Positions 9,510 through 18,752 of a stretch of DNA of 64,000 bases are shown in pieces. A program made the translations under genes and the position numbers. Below the pieces are notes generated by a model that made no database searches, was not told where the DNA came from, and was given only the letters and a program-made list of their open reading frames with translations. This DNA comes from Chloroflexota bacterium (lineage in GTDB: Bacteria; Chloroflexota; Dehalococcoidia; UBA2979), in assembly GCA_947472995.1 (NCBI GenBank), contig CANJBO010000002.1, positions 117,283-181,282 of the forward strand, read 5' to 3'. Every line of letters begins with the position of its first letter. Position 1 is the stretch's first letter.

Positions 9510-10421
9510 CTACGCCTTCGCACCCACCTCGACGCCCGCGAGCAGCTCCAGCGCCCGCACCAGCGCCTGCGTGCCGAGGTCGCCGCCCTCGCGCTGCTCG
9601 ACGACGGCCAGCAGCTGGTGCACCAGCGACACCCCGGCCAGCGGCACGCCGATCGTCTCCGCTGCCTCGAGGGCGATGCGCAGGTCCTTCTGCTGGAGCG
9701 AGACCTTGAACCCCGGCGCGAAGTCCCGCGCGATGATGCGCGATCCGAGGTTCGACAGCTGCCACGACCCCGCCGCCCCGGCCGTGATCGCCTCGAGCAT
9801 CTTCGAGGGGTCGACGCCGCTCTTCTGGCAGAACACCAGCGCCTCCGCCATCGCGAGGTTGGTCACGCAGACGGCGATCTGGTTGCAGAGCTTCACGGTC
9901 TGGCCCGCGCCGGTCGGCCCGCAGTGAGTGATGCGCTGGCCCATCGCCTCAAGCACCGGGCGCGCACGCTCCAGGACCGCCTCGTCGCCGCCCACCATGA
10001 TCGAGAGCGTCCCGGCGATCGCCCCGCCCTCGCCGCCGGAGACCGGCGCGTCGAGCATCTCGACGCCCTGTTCCTTCAGCCGCGCGGCGATCGTGCGCGT
10101 CACGTCGGGCGAGATCGACGACATGTCGATGAGCACCGAACCGGAACGCACACCCTCGATGGCCCCGTTCGCGCCGAGGACCACCGTCTCCACGTCCGCC
10201 GAGGCGGTGACGCACACGATCGTGACGTCCGCCTGCGACGCCACGTCGGCCGGCGACGCGCCCCGCTCGGCGCCCAGCGCCACGGCCTCGTCGACGCGTC
10301 CCGGCGAGCGGTTCCAGCCGACGACGCGGTAGCCGGCCTTCAACAGGTTGGCCGTCATCGGCAGCCCCATGATGCCGAGGCCGATGAACCCCACGACCGG
10401 GCGCTGCGTCTCCTGCGTCAT
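9510..10421 (-). CDS. NAD(P)-dependent 3-hydroxyisobutyrate / 2-hydroxy-3-oxopropionate dehydrogenase family protein
   Basis: VGFIGLGIMGLPMTANL Rossmann motif, ...VLIDMSSISP..., GGEGGAIAGTLSIMVGG, conserved catalytic Lys region (TVKLCNQ). Confidence 0.8.
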   Translation of the reverse strand: MTQETQRPVVGFIGLGIMGLPMTANLLKAGYRVVGWNRSPGRVDEAVALGAERGASPADVASQADVTIVCVTASADVETVVLGANGAIEGVRSGSVLIDMSSISPDVTRTIAARLKEQGVEMLDAPVSGGEGGAIAGTLSIMVGGDEAVLERARPVLEAMGQRITHCGPTGAGQTVKLCNQIAVCVTNLAMAEALVFCQKSGVDPSKMLEAITAGAAGSWQLSNLGSRIIARDFAPGFKVSLQQKDLRIALEAAETIGVPLAGVSLVHQLLAVVEQREGGDLGTQALVRALELLAGVEVGAKA

Positions 10422-10489
10422 CTCGTTGCTCCTTCGACTGGGCCTGCGTTCGCGGCCACATCATCCTCGATCGCCCCGCGCCGTGCCTC

Positions 10490-10530
10490 CGCCCCTCCCC
10501 CTCGACGGGGGAGGGTTGGGGTGGGGGTGC
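10490..10530. repeat. REP-like palindromic element (CCCCTCCCC-ctcgac-GGGGGAGGG followed by a G-rich tract)
   Basis: Inverted repeat seen directly; shares the CCCCTCCC/GGGAGGGG core with the other elements listed here. Confidence 0.5.
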
Positions 10531-10566
10531 TCCGACGGCCTATGATCGAGCGATGAGAGTCCCCGG

Positions 10567-12384
10567 ATGATGATGCGACGCGTGGGCGAGGCGAAGCCAA
10601 GCGGCGGTCGAGGCGCGTTGTCGCGTCGCGCCGCCGGACTCTTCGCGCCCTATGCGAGGTGGCTCACGCTGCTGGTCGCGATGCTCGCGATCAGCGTCGC
10701 GCTCGACCTCGGCAGCGTGCGGGTGCTCGGGTCGATGGTGGACCGGATGTCCTCGAACGGGACGGTCGAGGCGCTCGACCGCCTGCTCGCCGTGTTCGTG
10801 GCGATGGTGCTCGGCTCCGCGCTGCTGGGCGTCGCGCAGTCGTGGGTGAACCAGCTGATCGCGCAGGGCGTGATGCACCGCCTGCGCACGGACATGCACG
10901 ACCACCTGCAACGCCTGTCGCTGCGCTTCTACACCTCCACACGCACGGGCGAGATCATGTCGCGCATCTCGACGGACGTGAACGGCGTGCAGGACGCGGT
11001 CACCGGCACGTTCACCGACTTCCTGTCGAACGCGCTGACGCTGATCGTCGCGTTCGGGTTCATGTTCGCGCTCGACTGGCGCCTCGCGCTCGCAACGCTG
11101 ATCGTGCTGCCGCTGTGGGTGTACCCGACGATGCGCGTCGGCATGCGCCTGCGCGAGCTGCGCCGCGAGTGGCACGAGGAGTCCGGCCGCATGTCCGCGC
11201 ACCTGGAGGAGACGCTCTCCGTCTCCGGCTCGATGCTCGTCAAGACGTTCGGCCGGCAGGAGCACGAGGCACAGCGCTTCGCTGCCTCGAACGACGCGTT
11301 GCGCGCGCTGTCGATCCAGCGGCTGATGACCGGGCGCTGGTTCAACATGGGCACGGCGCTCTTCGGCGCGCTGCTGCCCGGGCTCGTCTACTGGTTCGGC
11401 GGGCGCGCCGTGCTGGGCGCGGAGCTGAGCATCGGCACGGTGGTGACGTTCGCGATGCTGTCACAGCGCGTGTTCGGTCCGTTCGCGGGGATCGCGCGCA
11501 TCAACACCACGCTGCTCTCCTCGCTCGCGCTCTTCGAGCGCATCTTCGAGTACCTCGACACGACGGTCGAGGTGCAGGAGCGCCCCGACGCGATCCAGCT
11601 GACGCGCCCGCGCGGCATGGTCGAGTTCGACCACGTCGAGTTCTCATACCAGTCGCACGCGACGCGCCCGACGGCCGCGCTCGACGACGTGTCGTTCACC
11701 GTCGAGGCAGGCGAGATGGTCGCGCTCGTCGGCCCCTCGGGCGCGGGCAAGACGACGGTGACGTACCTGATGCAGCGCTACTACGACCCGCAGGGCGGCA
11801 CGGTGCGCCTCGACGGGCATGACGTGCGCGACCTCACGCTCGACTCGATCAGCACGACGATCGGCACGGTGATGCAGGAGACGCACCTGTTCCACTCGTC
11901 GCTCGCCGACAACATCCGCTACGGCCGCCTCGACGGCACCGACGACGAGGTGCGCGCCGCCGCCGAGGCGGCCGGTCTCGGCGGGCTCATGGAGCGGCTG
12001 CCCGACGGCCTGGACACCACCGTCGGCGAGCGCGGCTACCGGCTCTCGGGCGGCGAGAAGCAGCGCGTGGCGCTGGCGCGCGCGATCCTGAAGGACCCGC
12101 CGGTGCTGATCCTCGACGAGGCGACGTCCTCGCTCGACTCGCGCCTCGAGCGGGAGATCCGCGAGGCGACGGCGCTGCTGGCGCGCGGCCGCACGACGAT
12201 CGTGATCGCGCACCGGCTGTCGACGGTGATGGCGGCGGACCAGATCCTCGTCTTCGACCACGGCCAGGTCGTGGAGCGTGGGCGCCACGCCGAGCTGCTG
12301 GCGCGCGATGGTCTCTACGCGTCGTTGTATCGCGAGCAGTTCAGCGACGAGGCGCGCGGGATGACGGGTGCCGCCGTCCGCTGA
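10567..12384 (+). CDS. ABC transporter, fused permease/ATP-binding protein (MsbA-like type I exporter)
   Basis: Six TM helices, then an NBD with Walker A GPSGAGKTT, signature LSGGEKQRVALARA, Walker B ILILDEATSSLD and H-loop IAHRL. Confidence 0.9.
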   Translation: MMMRRVGEAKPSGGRGALSRRAAGLFAPYARWLTLLVAMLAISVALDLGSVRVLGSMVDRMSSNGTVEALDRLLAVFVAMVLGSALLGVAQSWVNQLIAQGVMHRLRTDMHDHLQRLSLRFYTSTRTGEIMSRISTDVNGVQDAVTGTFTDFLSNALTLIVAFGFMFALDWRLALATLIVLPLWVYPTMRVGMRLRELRREWHEESGRMSAHLEETLSVSGSMLVKTFGRQEHEAQRFAASNDALRALSIQRLMTGRWFNMGTALFGALLPGLVYWFGGRAVLGAELSIGTVVTFAMLSQRVFGPFAGIARINTTLLSSLALFERIFEYLDTTVEVQERPDAIQLTRPRGMVEFDHVEFSYQSHATRPTAALDDVSFTVEAGEMVALVGPSGAGKTTVTYLMQRYYDPQGGTVRLDGHDVRDLTLDSISTTIGTVMQETHLFHSSLADNIRYGRLDGTDDEVRAAAEAAGLGGLMERLPDGLDTTVGERGYRLSGGEKQRVALARAILKDPPVLILDEATSSLDSRLEREIREATALLARGRTTIVIAHRLSTVMAADQILVFDHGQVVERGRHAELLARDGLYASLYREQFSDEARGMTGAAVR

Positions 12385-12427
12385 GACAATCGACCGGCAG
12401 ACACACCGCACGACGAGGGGATGAGCG

Positions 12428-12610
12428 ATGGGCAAGGCACTGCGCCGGTTGATGTTCGTGGCGGTCGCCGCGGGTGGGGTGCTGGTGGCGCTCAAGCGCC
12501 TCGGACTGTTCGGCGGGGCGGAGTGCTCCACGAACTGCGATTGCTCGCGAGGCGCCGCGGCCTGCTACTGCGGCCACAAGACCTGCCTTGCCCCCGCGCC
12601 CGGCCTGTAG
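12428..12610 (+). CDS. small cysteine-rich peptide with an N-terminal hydrophobic leader or membrane anchor (60 aa)
   Basis: MGKALRRLMFVAVAAGGVLVALKRLGLFGG | AECSTNCDCSRGAAACYCGHKTCLAPAPGL; GAGGGG RBS 7 nt upstream; GC3-rich codons; 44 nt downstream of the ABC exporter. Confidence 0.45.
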   Translation: MGKALRRLMFVAVAAGGVLVALKRLGLFGGAECSTNCDCSRGAAACYCGHKTCLAPAPGL

Positions 12611-12626
12611 CCCTCGACCGCGTCCG

Positions 12627-12839
12627 TCACCGTCCGAGGAGCGCGCCTCCCACCACCGCCGCGAGGATCGCGACCACCAGCACAAGCGCGACGACGCGCG
12701 TCGCCGCTAGCCAACCGGCCGTGCGCGGCTCGTCCCGCCAGTCCTCGAGGTCAGACCCCGCCTCCTCGGTGAGGTCGCGGTCCAGGTCACCCTCGGAGGA
12801 CTCGCGCCACCCGGGGTCCGGCGCCGGCAGTCGGCTCAT
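12627..12839 (-). CDS. hypothetical small acidic protein with a C-terminal transmembrane anchor (70 aa)
   Basis: MSRLPAPDPGWRESSEGDLDRDLTEEAGSDLEDWRDEPRTAGWLAATRVVALVLVVAILAAVVGGALLGR; AGGGAG RBS 4 nt upstream of the ATG; it is the C-terminal part of a longer spurious ORF. Confidence 0.4.
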   Translation of the reverse strand: MSRLPAPDPGWRESSEGDLDRDLTEEAGSDLEDWRDEPRTAGWLAATRVVALVLVVAILAAVVGGALLGR

Positions 12840-12893
12840 CGTCTCCCTCGCTCCCACCACCAGCCTACCGCGGGGCGGCGGCCGCGGCCGGAT

Positions 12894-13859
12894 ATGCTGA
12901 CTGCGATGGACACGAACACACCCGCCCCCGTGCCGCTGGATGCCGGCGTCGTCACCGCCGTCGAGGCGCTGGCGATCGAGCTGGCGCGCGAGGCCGGCGA
13001 CCTCGCACGTGCCGCGCTCCAGCGACAGGTGACGGTGGAGTACAAGCCCGACGCGCAGGGCAAGGACAGCACGAACGACCCGGTGTCCGAGGTCGACCGC
13101 GCCGTCGAGGCGCTGGTCCGCGAACGTGTTGCGGAACGCTTCCCCTCGCACGCGGTGATCGGCGAAGAGGTCGACACGTACCCCGATGCTGCGGCCGAGG
13201 TCGTGTGGGTCATCGACCCCATCGACGGGACGGCGAACTTCGTCAACGGCTTCCCGTTGTTCGCCGTGTCGATCGGCGTGTTGTACGCGGGCGTGCCGGT
13301 CGCGGCCGCGATCTGGTGCGCCTCCACGCACCTGCTCGGGCCAGGCGTGTATCACGCGCACGCGGGCGTGCCGCTCCACCTCGACGGCGTCGAGGTGGAG
13401 CGGGAGCGGGCGACGGTGGTGCGCCGTGCGCTGGCGGCGGCACCGGGCGGCGCGCCCGGCGGCACCCGCGAGTGGGAGCACCGCGTCACCGGATCGATCG
13501 CGATCGAGGCGGCGCTGGTCGCCGCCGGCGTGTTCACCTCGGCGACATTCTGGGGGCCGCGCCTCTGGGACGTCGCCGCCGGGGCGCTGCTGGTGCAGGC
13601 TGCGGGCCGCGAGGTCTGGGTCCGTGGCCGTGACGGCTGGCAGCACTTCGCGCGCTTCGAGGCACCCGACCGCCTCCCGCCGGCGCGGGGCGCGGCCTCG
13701 ACCGAGCCGCCACGCGCGCCGAGCCTGCGCGACTGGCGCCAGCCGGTGCTCATCGGCACCGCCGAGGCGACGAGGCTGATCCGCGAGCGCACCCGCAGGC
13801 CGGGCCTGCTCGCGCGGATCGCGCATCGCCTGCGGCGCGTGTTCGGGCGGCGGTCATGA
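12894..13859 (+). CDS. inositol monophosphatase family protein (SuhB/CysQ-like)
   Basis: EEVD...WVIDPIDGTANFVNGFP motif of the IMPase/FIG superfamily. Confidence 0.8.
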   Translation: MLTAMDTNTPAPVPLDAGVVTAVEALAIELAREAGDLARAALQRQVTVEYKPDAQGKDSTNDPVSEVDRAVEALVRERVAERFPSHAVIGEEVDTYPDAAAEVVWVIDPIDGTANFVNGFPLFAVSIGVLYAGVPVAAAIWCASTHLLGPGVYHAHAGVPLHLDGVEVERERATVVRRALAAAPGGAPGGTREWEHRVTGSIAIEAALVAAGVFTSATFWGPRLWDVAAGALLVQAAGREVWVRGRDGWQHFARFEAPDRLPPARGAASTEPPRAPSLRDWRQPVLIGTAEATRLIRERTRRPGLLARIAHRLRRVFGRRS

Positions 13860-14668
13860 CCGCGCCGGTCGAGGAGATCCGCCGCGCGCTCCGCCTGCCG
13901 TACGTCCCGCAGTCGATCGCGCGCCTCGCGGCGGTCGAGGGCTACCTCGAGTTCGTGTGGCCGCAGCTGGCGTCGTCCGTGGAGACCGCGGGGTTCCTCG
14001 GCAGTGCGCGCTACATGGCAGACATGGCGCTCGACGCCGTCGAGGACGTGGAGACCGAGGGCGAGTCCGAACTGCCGGCGCTGCTCCGTGCGTCGCTCAG
14101 CACCGCCGATCTCGACGCGATCGCGGAGGTCGTCGACCTGTTCCACTACGCCCAGCCGCAGCTGCTGCTGCTGCTCGCCGCGTGCGCGGAGGCATGGGAC
14201 CGCGACGCGGTCGGCGGGCAGGGCCGCCCGGAGCCGCGCGACGTGACCGATCGCGAGCGCACGCACGCCGCGATGCGCCTCGAGCTGGTCGAGGCGACAC
14301 AGCCGCCGCTGCCGGAGATCGCCGAGACGCTCGGATTGGACGATCCGCCGGACCTGTACCGGGCGGTGGCGCGCTGGCCGGTCTACCTCGACGCCGCGTG
14401 GGAGGAGCTGCAGCACCTGGGGGCGTACCCCGACTTCCGGCGCCGCGGGCGCGCGCTCTACTTCTATGCGCGGGCCGGGGCACGCTTCCTCGCACAACCG
14501 CTGCGGGCGAACCCGGCAGCGCTGCGTGGTGCGGGGCTCGACGATGCGGCGATCGAGGCGGCGCACGAGGTGCTGGACGCAGCGCTTCCCGCGACCGCGA
14601 CGATGATGATGCACGCGGAGGCGATGCGCCTCGGCCTCGGCGTGCGGGCTCGCGAGGTCGTGGGGTAG
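13856..14668 (+). CDS. conserved hypothetical protein (helical; start overlaps the IMPase stop, ATGA)
   Basis: 270 aa with no motif I can assign; 4-nt overlap with the upstream gene suggests co-transcription. Confidence 0.5.
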   Translation: MTAPVEEIRRALRLPYVPQSIARLAAVEGYLEFVWPQLASSVETAGFLGSARYMADMALDAVEDVETEGESELPALLRASLSTADLDAIAEVVDLFHYAQPQLLLLLAACAEAWDRDAVGGQGRPEPRDVTDRERTHAAMRLELVEATQPPLPEIAETLGLDDPPDLYRAVARWPVYLDAAWEELQHLGAYPDFRRRGRALYFYARAGARFLAQPLRANPAALRGAGLDDAAIEAAHEVLDAALPATATMMMHAEAMRLGLGVRAREVVG

Positions 14669-14703
14669 GCGGTGCCACGCCGCGCGCGTCCTACAATCGA
14701 GCC

Positions 14704-15540
14704 ATGACGACCGACGAGGGTGCCCCGGACGACGACACGGACGACGTCGACGACGAGTTCGACGCGGACGAGATCGCCATGTCGACGCTCCCGACGTGGG
14801 ACCCGTGGGACGCGCGCGTCGAGGATGCGCTGCGCACCGCCGAGATCGGCGACGACCTGCGTCTCGTCTACAACTCCTCGAACTACGTGTTCCTCGCGCG
14901 CCTCGACCACCCCGTCCTCGGCGCGGGCACCGGCGTGTACAAGCCGCGTCGAGGCGAACAACCGCTGCGCGACTTCCCCGACGGCCTGTACGAGCGCGAG
15001 ATCGCGGCGTTCCACCTGTCGCGCCTCCTCGGCTGGGACGTGGTGCCGCCGACGGTCGAGCGCAGCGGCCCGCACGGCGTGGGATCGATGCAGCTGTTCA
15101 TCGAGCACGACCCCGCGGAGCACTACTTCGAGCTGCGCGACCGCGACCGTGACGACCTCGACGAGCAGTTCGCGCGCTTCGCGGTCTTCGACCTGCTGAC
15201 GAACAACGCCGACCGCAAGGCGAGCCACCTGCTGCTCGATCCCGGCGGGCGTGTCTGGGGCATCGACCAGGGGCTGTGCTTCCACGCGCACCAGAAGCTG
15301 CGCACCGTGGTCTGGGACTACGCCGGCACGAGGCTCCCCGCCTCGTGGCTCGACGACATCCGCCGCGCGTGCACGGACCTCGAGGCGCCCGAGCCGACCG
15401 CCGACGCCGTCGCGTTGCGGACGCGCATCGCCGATCGCGAGCTGACCGCGCTGCTCCGCCGCGCGCACGCCCTCCTCGACGACCCGGTCCTCCCCGAGAT
15501 GTACGAGGACTACCGCTGCGTGCCCTGGCCGATGATCTAG
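14704..15540 (+). CDS. SCO1664-family protein (PI3/PI4-kinase-like fold, unknown substrate)
   Basis: Acidic N-terminus, kinase-like catalytic loop FDLLTNNADRKASHLLLD followed by WGIDQGLCFH (DFG-like region). Confidence 0.5.
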   Translation: MTTDEGAPDDDTDDVDDEFDADEIAMSTLPTWDPWDARVEDALRTAEIGDDLRLVYNSSNYVFLARLDHPVLGAGTGVYKPRRGEQPLRDFPDGLYEREIAAFHLSRLLGWDVVPPTVERSGPHGVGSMQLFIEHDPAEHYFELRDRDRDDLDEQFARFAVFDLLTNNADRKASHLLLDPGGRVWGIDQGLCFHAHQKLRTVVWDYAGTRLPASWLDDIRRACTDLEAPEPTADAVALRTRIADRELTALLRRAHALLDDPVLPEMYEDYRCVPWPMI

Positions 15541-15620
15541 CACGGCTCCCGTGTGTCCCCCGGCCATCAACATTTGTGCTAGCCTCCATCAGCCGTTCAT
15601 CAGGCAGGGCGGGGGGCGCC

Positions 15621-17666
15621 GTGCTTCGGGGTGTTGCTGCGCTCGCGATCGTCGCGTGTGCGAGCCTGGCGCTGCTCACGCAGGCAGGCGCGCAGGCTGT
15701 CCCGCTCCTCGCGAACGGTGACTTCGAGTCCGGCCCGACGGGCTGGGCGCCGCCGGACGGCGGCACACTTGCCATCGACGGATCGCAGCCGGTGAACGAC
15801 GGGGCCGCCGCCGGGCATGTCCGCGCCACCGCCTCCGGTACGGTCACGATCCGCACGCAGTACTGGCTCACCGCCGCGACGCCGGGCAACCGCTACTCGA
15901 TGACGCTGGCCGTGAACATCCCGGCGGCGACGATCACCACCGTCACGGCGCGCCTCGACCTCGTCGACGACTCCGGCGTGACGCTGGCGACGAACGTCAC
16001 CTCGCGGTCCGGGACGACGACGGGCTACGTCACGCTCGCGACGACGCAGGCGATCGCGCCCGCCAACACCGCGTACGTGCTCGTCGTCGTCAGCGGCCTC
16101 GCCACCGCTCCCGCCGCGCGCTTCTCCGTCGACGACATCGGGATCGCCGAGGTCATCCCTCCGCCGCCCCCGCCGCCGATCGTGGAACCCGTCCCGCCGC
16201 CGGACGAGCCGGAGGGGCCGCCGCCCGTCAGCGCCGGCGCCGGCGCACCGATCCGCATCCCGCGCGTCGTGCCGACACCGACGCCGCCCCCGCTGCCACG
16301 GCGACTCAGCAACGGCACGTTCGATACCAGCCTCGACGGCTGGACGGTCGCGAGGGGGCGCGCGTGGACGGACGTGGTGCTTCCCGGCGCGGGCTCCTCG
16401 ATGGTGCTGTACGCGCCGATCGCCGGGACCGTATGGGTGGAGCAGGCGATCGGCGGCATCCAGCCGGGCGAGTGGTACCAGGCGAGCGCGCGCCTGAGCA
16501 CGCGCGGCATCGTCGACGCGGGCTGGCTGCGCATCGCGTGGTACGTGACCGACGAGCCGATCGGCTCCGCGATCACGACGGACGACAGCCTCGCCGTGGA
16601 GTCCTCCGATGACGATGCACCGGCGGAGGCGCCGCGCTCGCAGGTCGTCGGCACCGGCACCGTGCGCGCACCGGGGAACGCGCACAGCGCGATCGTCCGC
16701 GTGCTGATGCGCAGCAACTACCGCGACGCGTCGCTGATCATGGACGACCTCGCGTTCGGGCTGACCGCGGAGCCCGACGGCATCGAGCCGCGCGGCCCCG
16801 TCGCCGCGACGCTCACGCCGGTCGCCACCGCCACGCCGGGCGCGCGAGCCGCCGCTCCGGATCGGAGCCTCGCCACCCCGGCGCCCGCGGCGGGCGAACG
16901 CGACGAGGCCCCCGCGCGCACCGCCAGCACGCCGCGCGCGGTCGCGACGCAGCCCTCGACGCCGCCCGGGCTGCTGCGATCGGAAAACGTGGCGTTGCCG
17001 GGACTCGCCGACAGCCAGCGGATGCTGCGGATCACGCAGCTGCTGCCCGATCCGGCGAACGCCGGGCGTGACAACGAGTATGAATGGCTCGAGATCTCGA
17101 ACCTCGGCGTCGCGGCCGCGTCCCTCGAGGGCATGTCGATCCGCGACAACAGCGGGGCCGTGACGCTGCCCGCGCTCGTGGTGCCCGCGGGCGGCTCGCT
17201 CGTCGTCACCGCGCGGCTCGCCGAGGTGCCCGGCGTGACGGCATTCCGGCTCGCGCAGGACATCGGCAACGGGCTCGGCAACGCGGGCGACCGGATCGCG
17301 CTGATCGGCGCGGACGGCCGCGCCGTCGACGCGCTGTCCTATGGCGACGACGCGACCTACCTGCTCGGCGCGCGCATCCCCGCCCCCGGCACCGGCCGAG
17401 CCATCGAGCGGCGTTTCGCTCTCGACGGCAGCTTCCGCGACGCGACGATCCTCGAGGTGCCGACGCCGGGGCGCCGTCCCGCGAACGGTACCGCCCTCGC
17501 CGCGGCGAGCGGTGCAGCGGCCGCGCCGCACGAGGCGGGCACGGCTGCCGGTAACGGCCCGGGCGCCATCTCGGCGTGGATCGTGCTGCTGTCGCTCGGG
17601 GCGGGGCTCCTCGGCGGCGGGGTCGCGCAGCGGCTGGGCGCGCTGGCCCGGGAGCCGCGGTCGTAG
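15621..17666 (+). CDS. secreted/membrane-anchored protein with two CBM-like beta-sandwich modules, a Pro-rich linker and a lamin-tail domain (LTD)
   Basis: Signal peptide VLRGVAALAIVACASLALLTQAGAQA; repeated NGDFESGPTGW / NGTFDTSLDGW modules; PPPPPPPIVEPVPPP linker; LTD motif LLPDPANAGRDNEYEWLEISNLG; C-terminal TM helix. Confidence 0.65.
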   Translation: MLRGVAALAIVACASLALLTQAGAQAVPLLANGDFESGPTGWAPPDGGTLAIDGSQPVNDGAAAGHVRATASGTVTIRTQYWLTAATPGNRYSMTLAVNIPAATITTVTARLDLVDDSGVTLATNVTSRSGTTTGYVTLATTQAIAPANTAYVLVVVSGLATAPAARFSVDDIGIAEVIPPPPPPPIVEPVPPPDEPEGPPPVSAGAGAPIRIPRVVPTPTPPPLPRRLSNGTFDTSLDGWTVARGRAWTDVVLPGAGSSMVLYAPIAGTVWVEQAIGGIQPGEWYQASARLSTRGIVDAGWLRIAWYVTDEPIGSAITTDDSLAVESSDDDAPAEAPRSQVVGTGTVRAPGNAHSAIVRVLMRSNYRDASLIMDDLAFGLTAEPDGIEPRGPVAATLTPVATATPGARAAAPDRSLATPAPAAGERDEAPARTASTPRAVATQPSTPPGLLRSENVALPGLADSQRMLRITQLLPDPANAGRDNEYEWLEISNLGVAAASLEGMSIRDNSGAVTLPALVVPAGGSLVVTARLAEVPGVTAFRLAQDIGNGLGNAGDRIALIGADGRAVDALSYGDDATYLLGARIPAPGTGRAIERRFALDGSFRDATILEVPTPGRRPANGTALAAASGAAAAPHEAGTAAGNGPGAISAWIVLLSLGAGLLGGGVAQRLGALAREPRS

Positions 17667-17726
17667 CGTCGCGCGGATCGAGTCTCGGGCGCGCGGTTGG
17701 TACGATGGAAGGGCGAAAGGCCACCC

Positions 17727-18647
17727 ATGCCCCACACCATCCTGCTCGCCGAGCCTCGAGGGTTCTGCGCGGGCGTCGTCCGCGCGATCAACGTGCTCGA
17801 CCAGGTGCTGGAGGGCTCTGACGGCCCGGTCTACGCGTTCCACGAGATCGTGCACAACCGCTACGTCGTCGACGACTTCCGCAGCCGCGGCGCGATCTTC
17901 GTCGAGGACGTGAGCGAGGTGCCGCCGGGCGCGCCGATCGTGTTCTCCGCGCATGGCGTGGCGCCGGACGTGGTGCAGGCGGCACGCGATCGCGGCCTGC
18001 GCGTCATCGACGCCACGTGTCCGCTGGTGACGAAGGTGCACCTGGAGACGAAGAAGGCGGCGCGCGACGGGTTCGATGTGCTCCTCGTCGGGCACGAGGG
18101 CCACGACGAGGTGATGGGCACGAAGGGCGAGGCGCCCGACCGGACGCGCGTGGTGGACACGCCGCACGACGTGCAGTCGCTGGTCGCCGGCACGCGCCCG
18201 ATCTTCGTGGTGACGCAGACCACGCTCTCCGTCGACGACACCGCCGCCACGATCGACGCGATCCGCGACCGCTACCCGGACGCAGAGGTGCGCAACGACA
18301 TCTGCTACGCGACGACGAACCGGCAGGCGGCCGTGAAGGTGATCGCGGAGCGCGCGGACCTGGTGATCGTGATCGGCTCGCGGAACTCCAGCAACTCCGT
18401 GCGGCTGCGCGAGGTCGCGGCGGCCACCGGGACGCCCGCCTATCGCGTCGACGGCATCGAGGAGATCGACCCCGCGTGGTACGAGGGCGTCGGCATCGTC
18501 GGCCTCACCGCGGGCGCCTCCGTGCCGGACACGCTGCTCCAGCCGATCATCGACGACCTGCGCGCGCGCGGCGTGACGCGCGTCGAGCCGGTGATCGTCG
18601 CCGAGGAGACGATCGAGTTCCGCATGCCGGAGGAGATCACGGGCTAG
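17727..18647 (+). CDS. ispH: 4-hydroxy-3-methylbut-2-enyl diphosphate reductase
   Basis: PRGFCAGVVRAI, HEIVHN, ATCPLVTKVH, TQTTLS are the IspH/LytB family motifs with the three conserved Cys. Confidence 0.9.
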   Translation: MPHTILLAEPRGFCAGVVRAINVLDQVLEGSDGPVYAFHEIVHNRYVVDDFRSRGAIFVEDVSEVPPGAPIVFSAHGVAPDVVQAARDRGLRVIDATCPLVTKVHLETKKAARDGFDVLLVGHEGHDEVMGTKGEAPDRTRVVDTPHDVQSLVAGTRPIFVVTQTTLSVDDTAATIDAIRDRYPDAEVRNDICYATTNRQAAVKVIAERADLVIVIGSRNSSNSVRLREVAAATGTPAYRVDGIEEIDPAWYEGVGIVGLTAGASVPDTLLQPIIDDLRARGVTRVEPVIVAEETIEFRMPEEITG

Positions 18648-18752
18648 CGGGCGTCGAGCTCGGGTATCTCGTGTCGATGCCCGCAGGTCTGAGTGTCGAA
18701 GCACGCAGGTCCGGGTGGGGCGCGCGGGTATTCCGCGCCCGGGCCCACACGA

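Noticed and set aside
16100-16330. Pro-rich DNA repeat (ccgccgcccccgccgccg...)
   Set aside because: It is the coding sequence of the polyproline linker of the LTD surface protein, not an independent repeat element.
15600-18704. 1034-aa minus-strand ORF spanning the LTD protein and ispH
   Set aside because: Antisense to two confidently identified genes, with an Arg/Asp/Gly-rich translation and no motifs.
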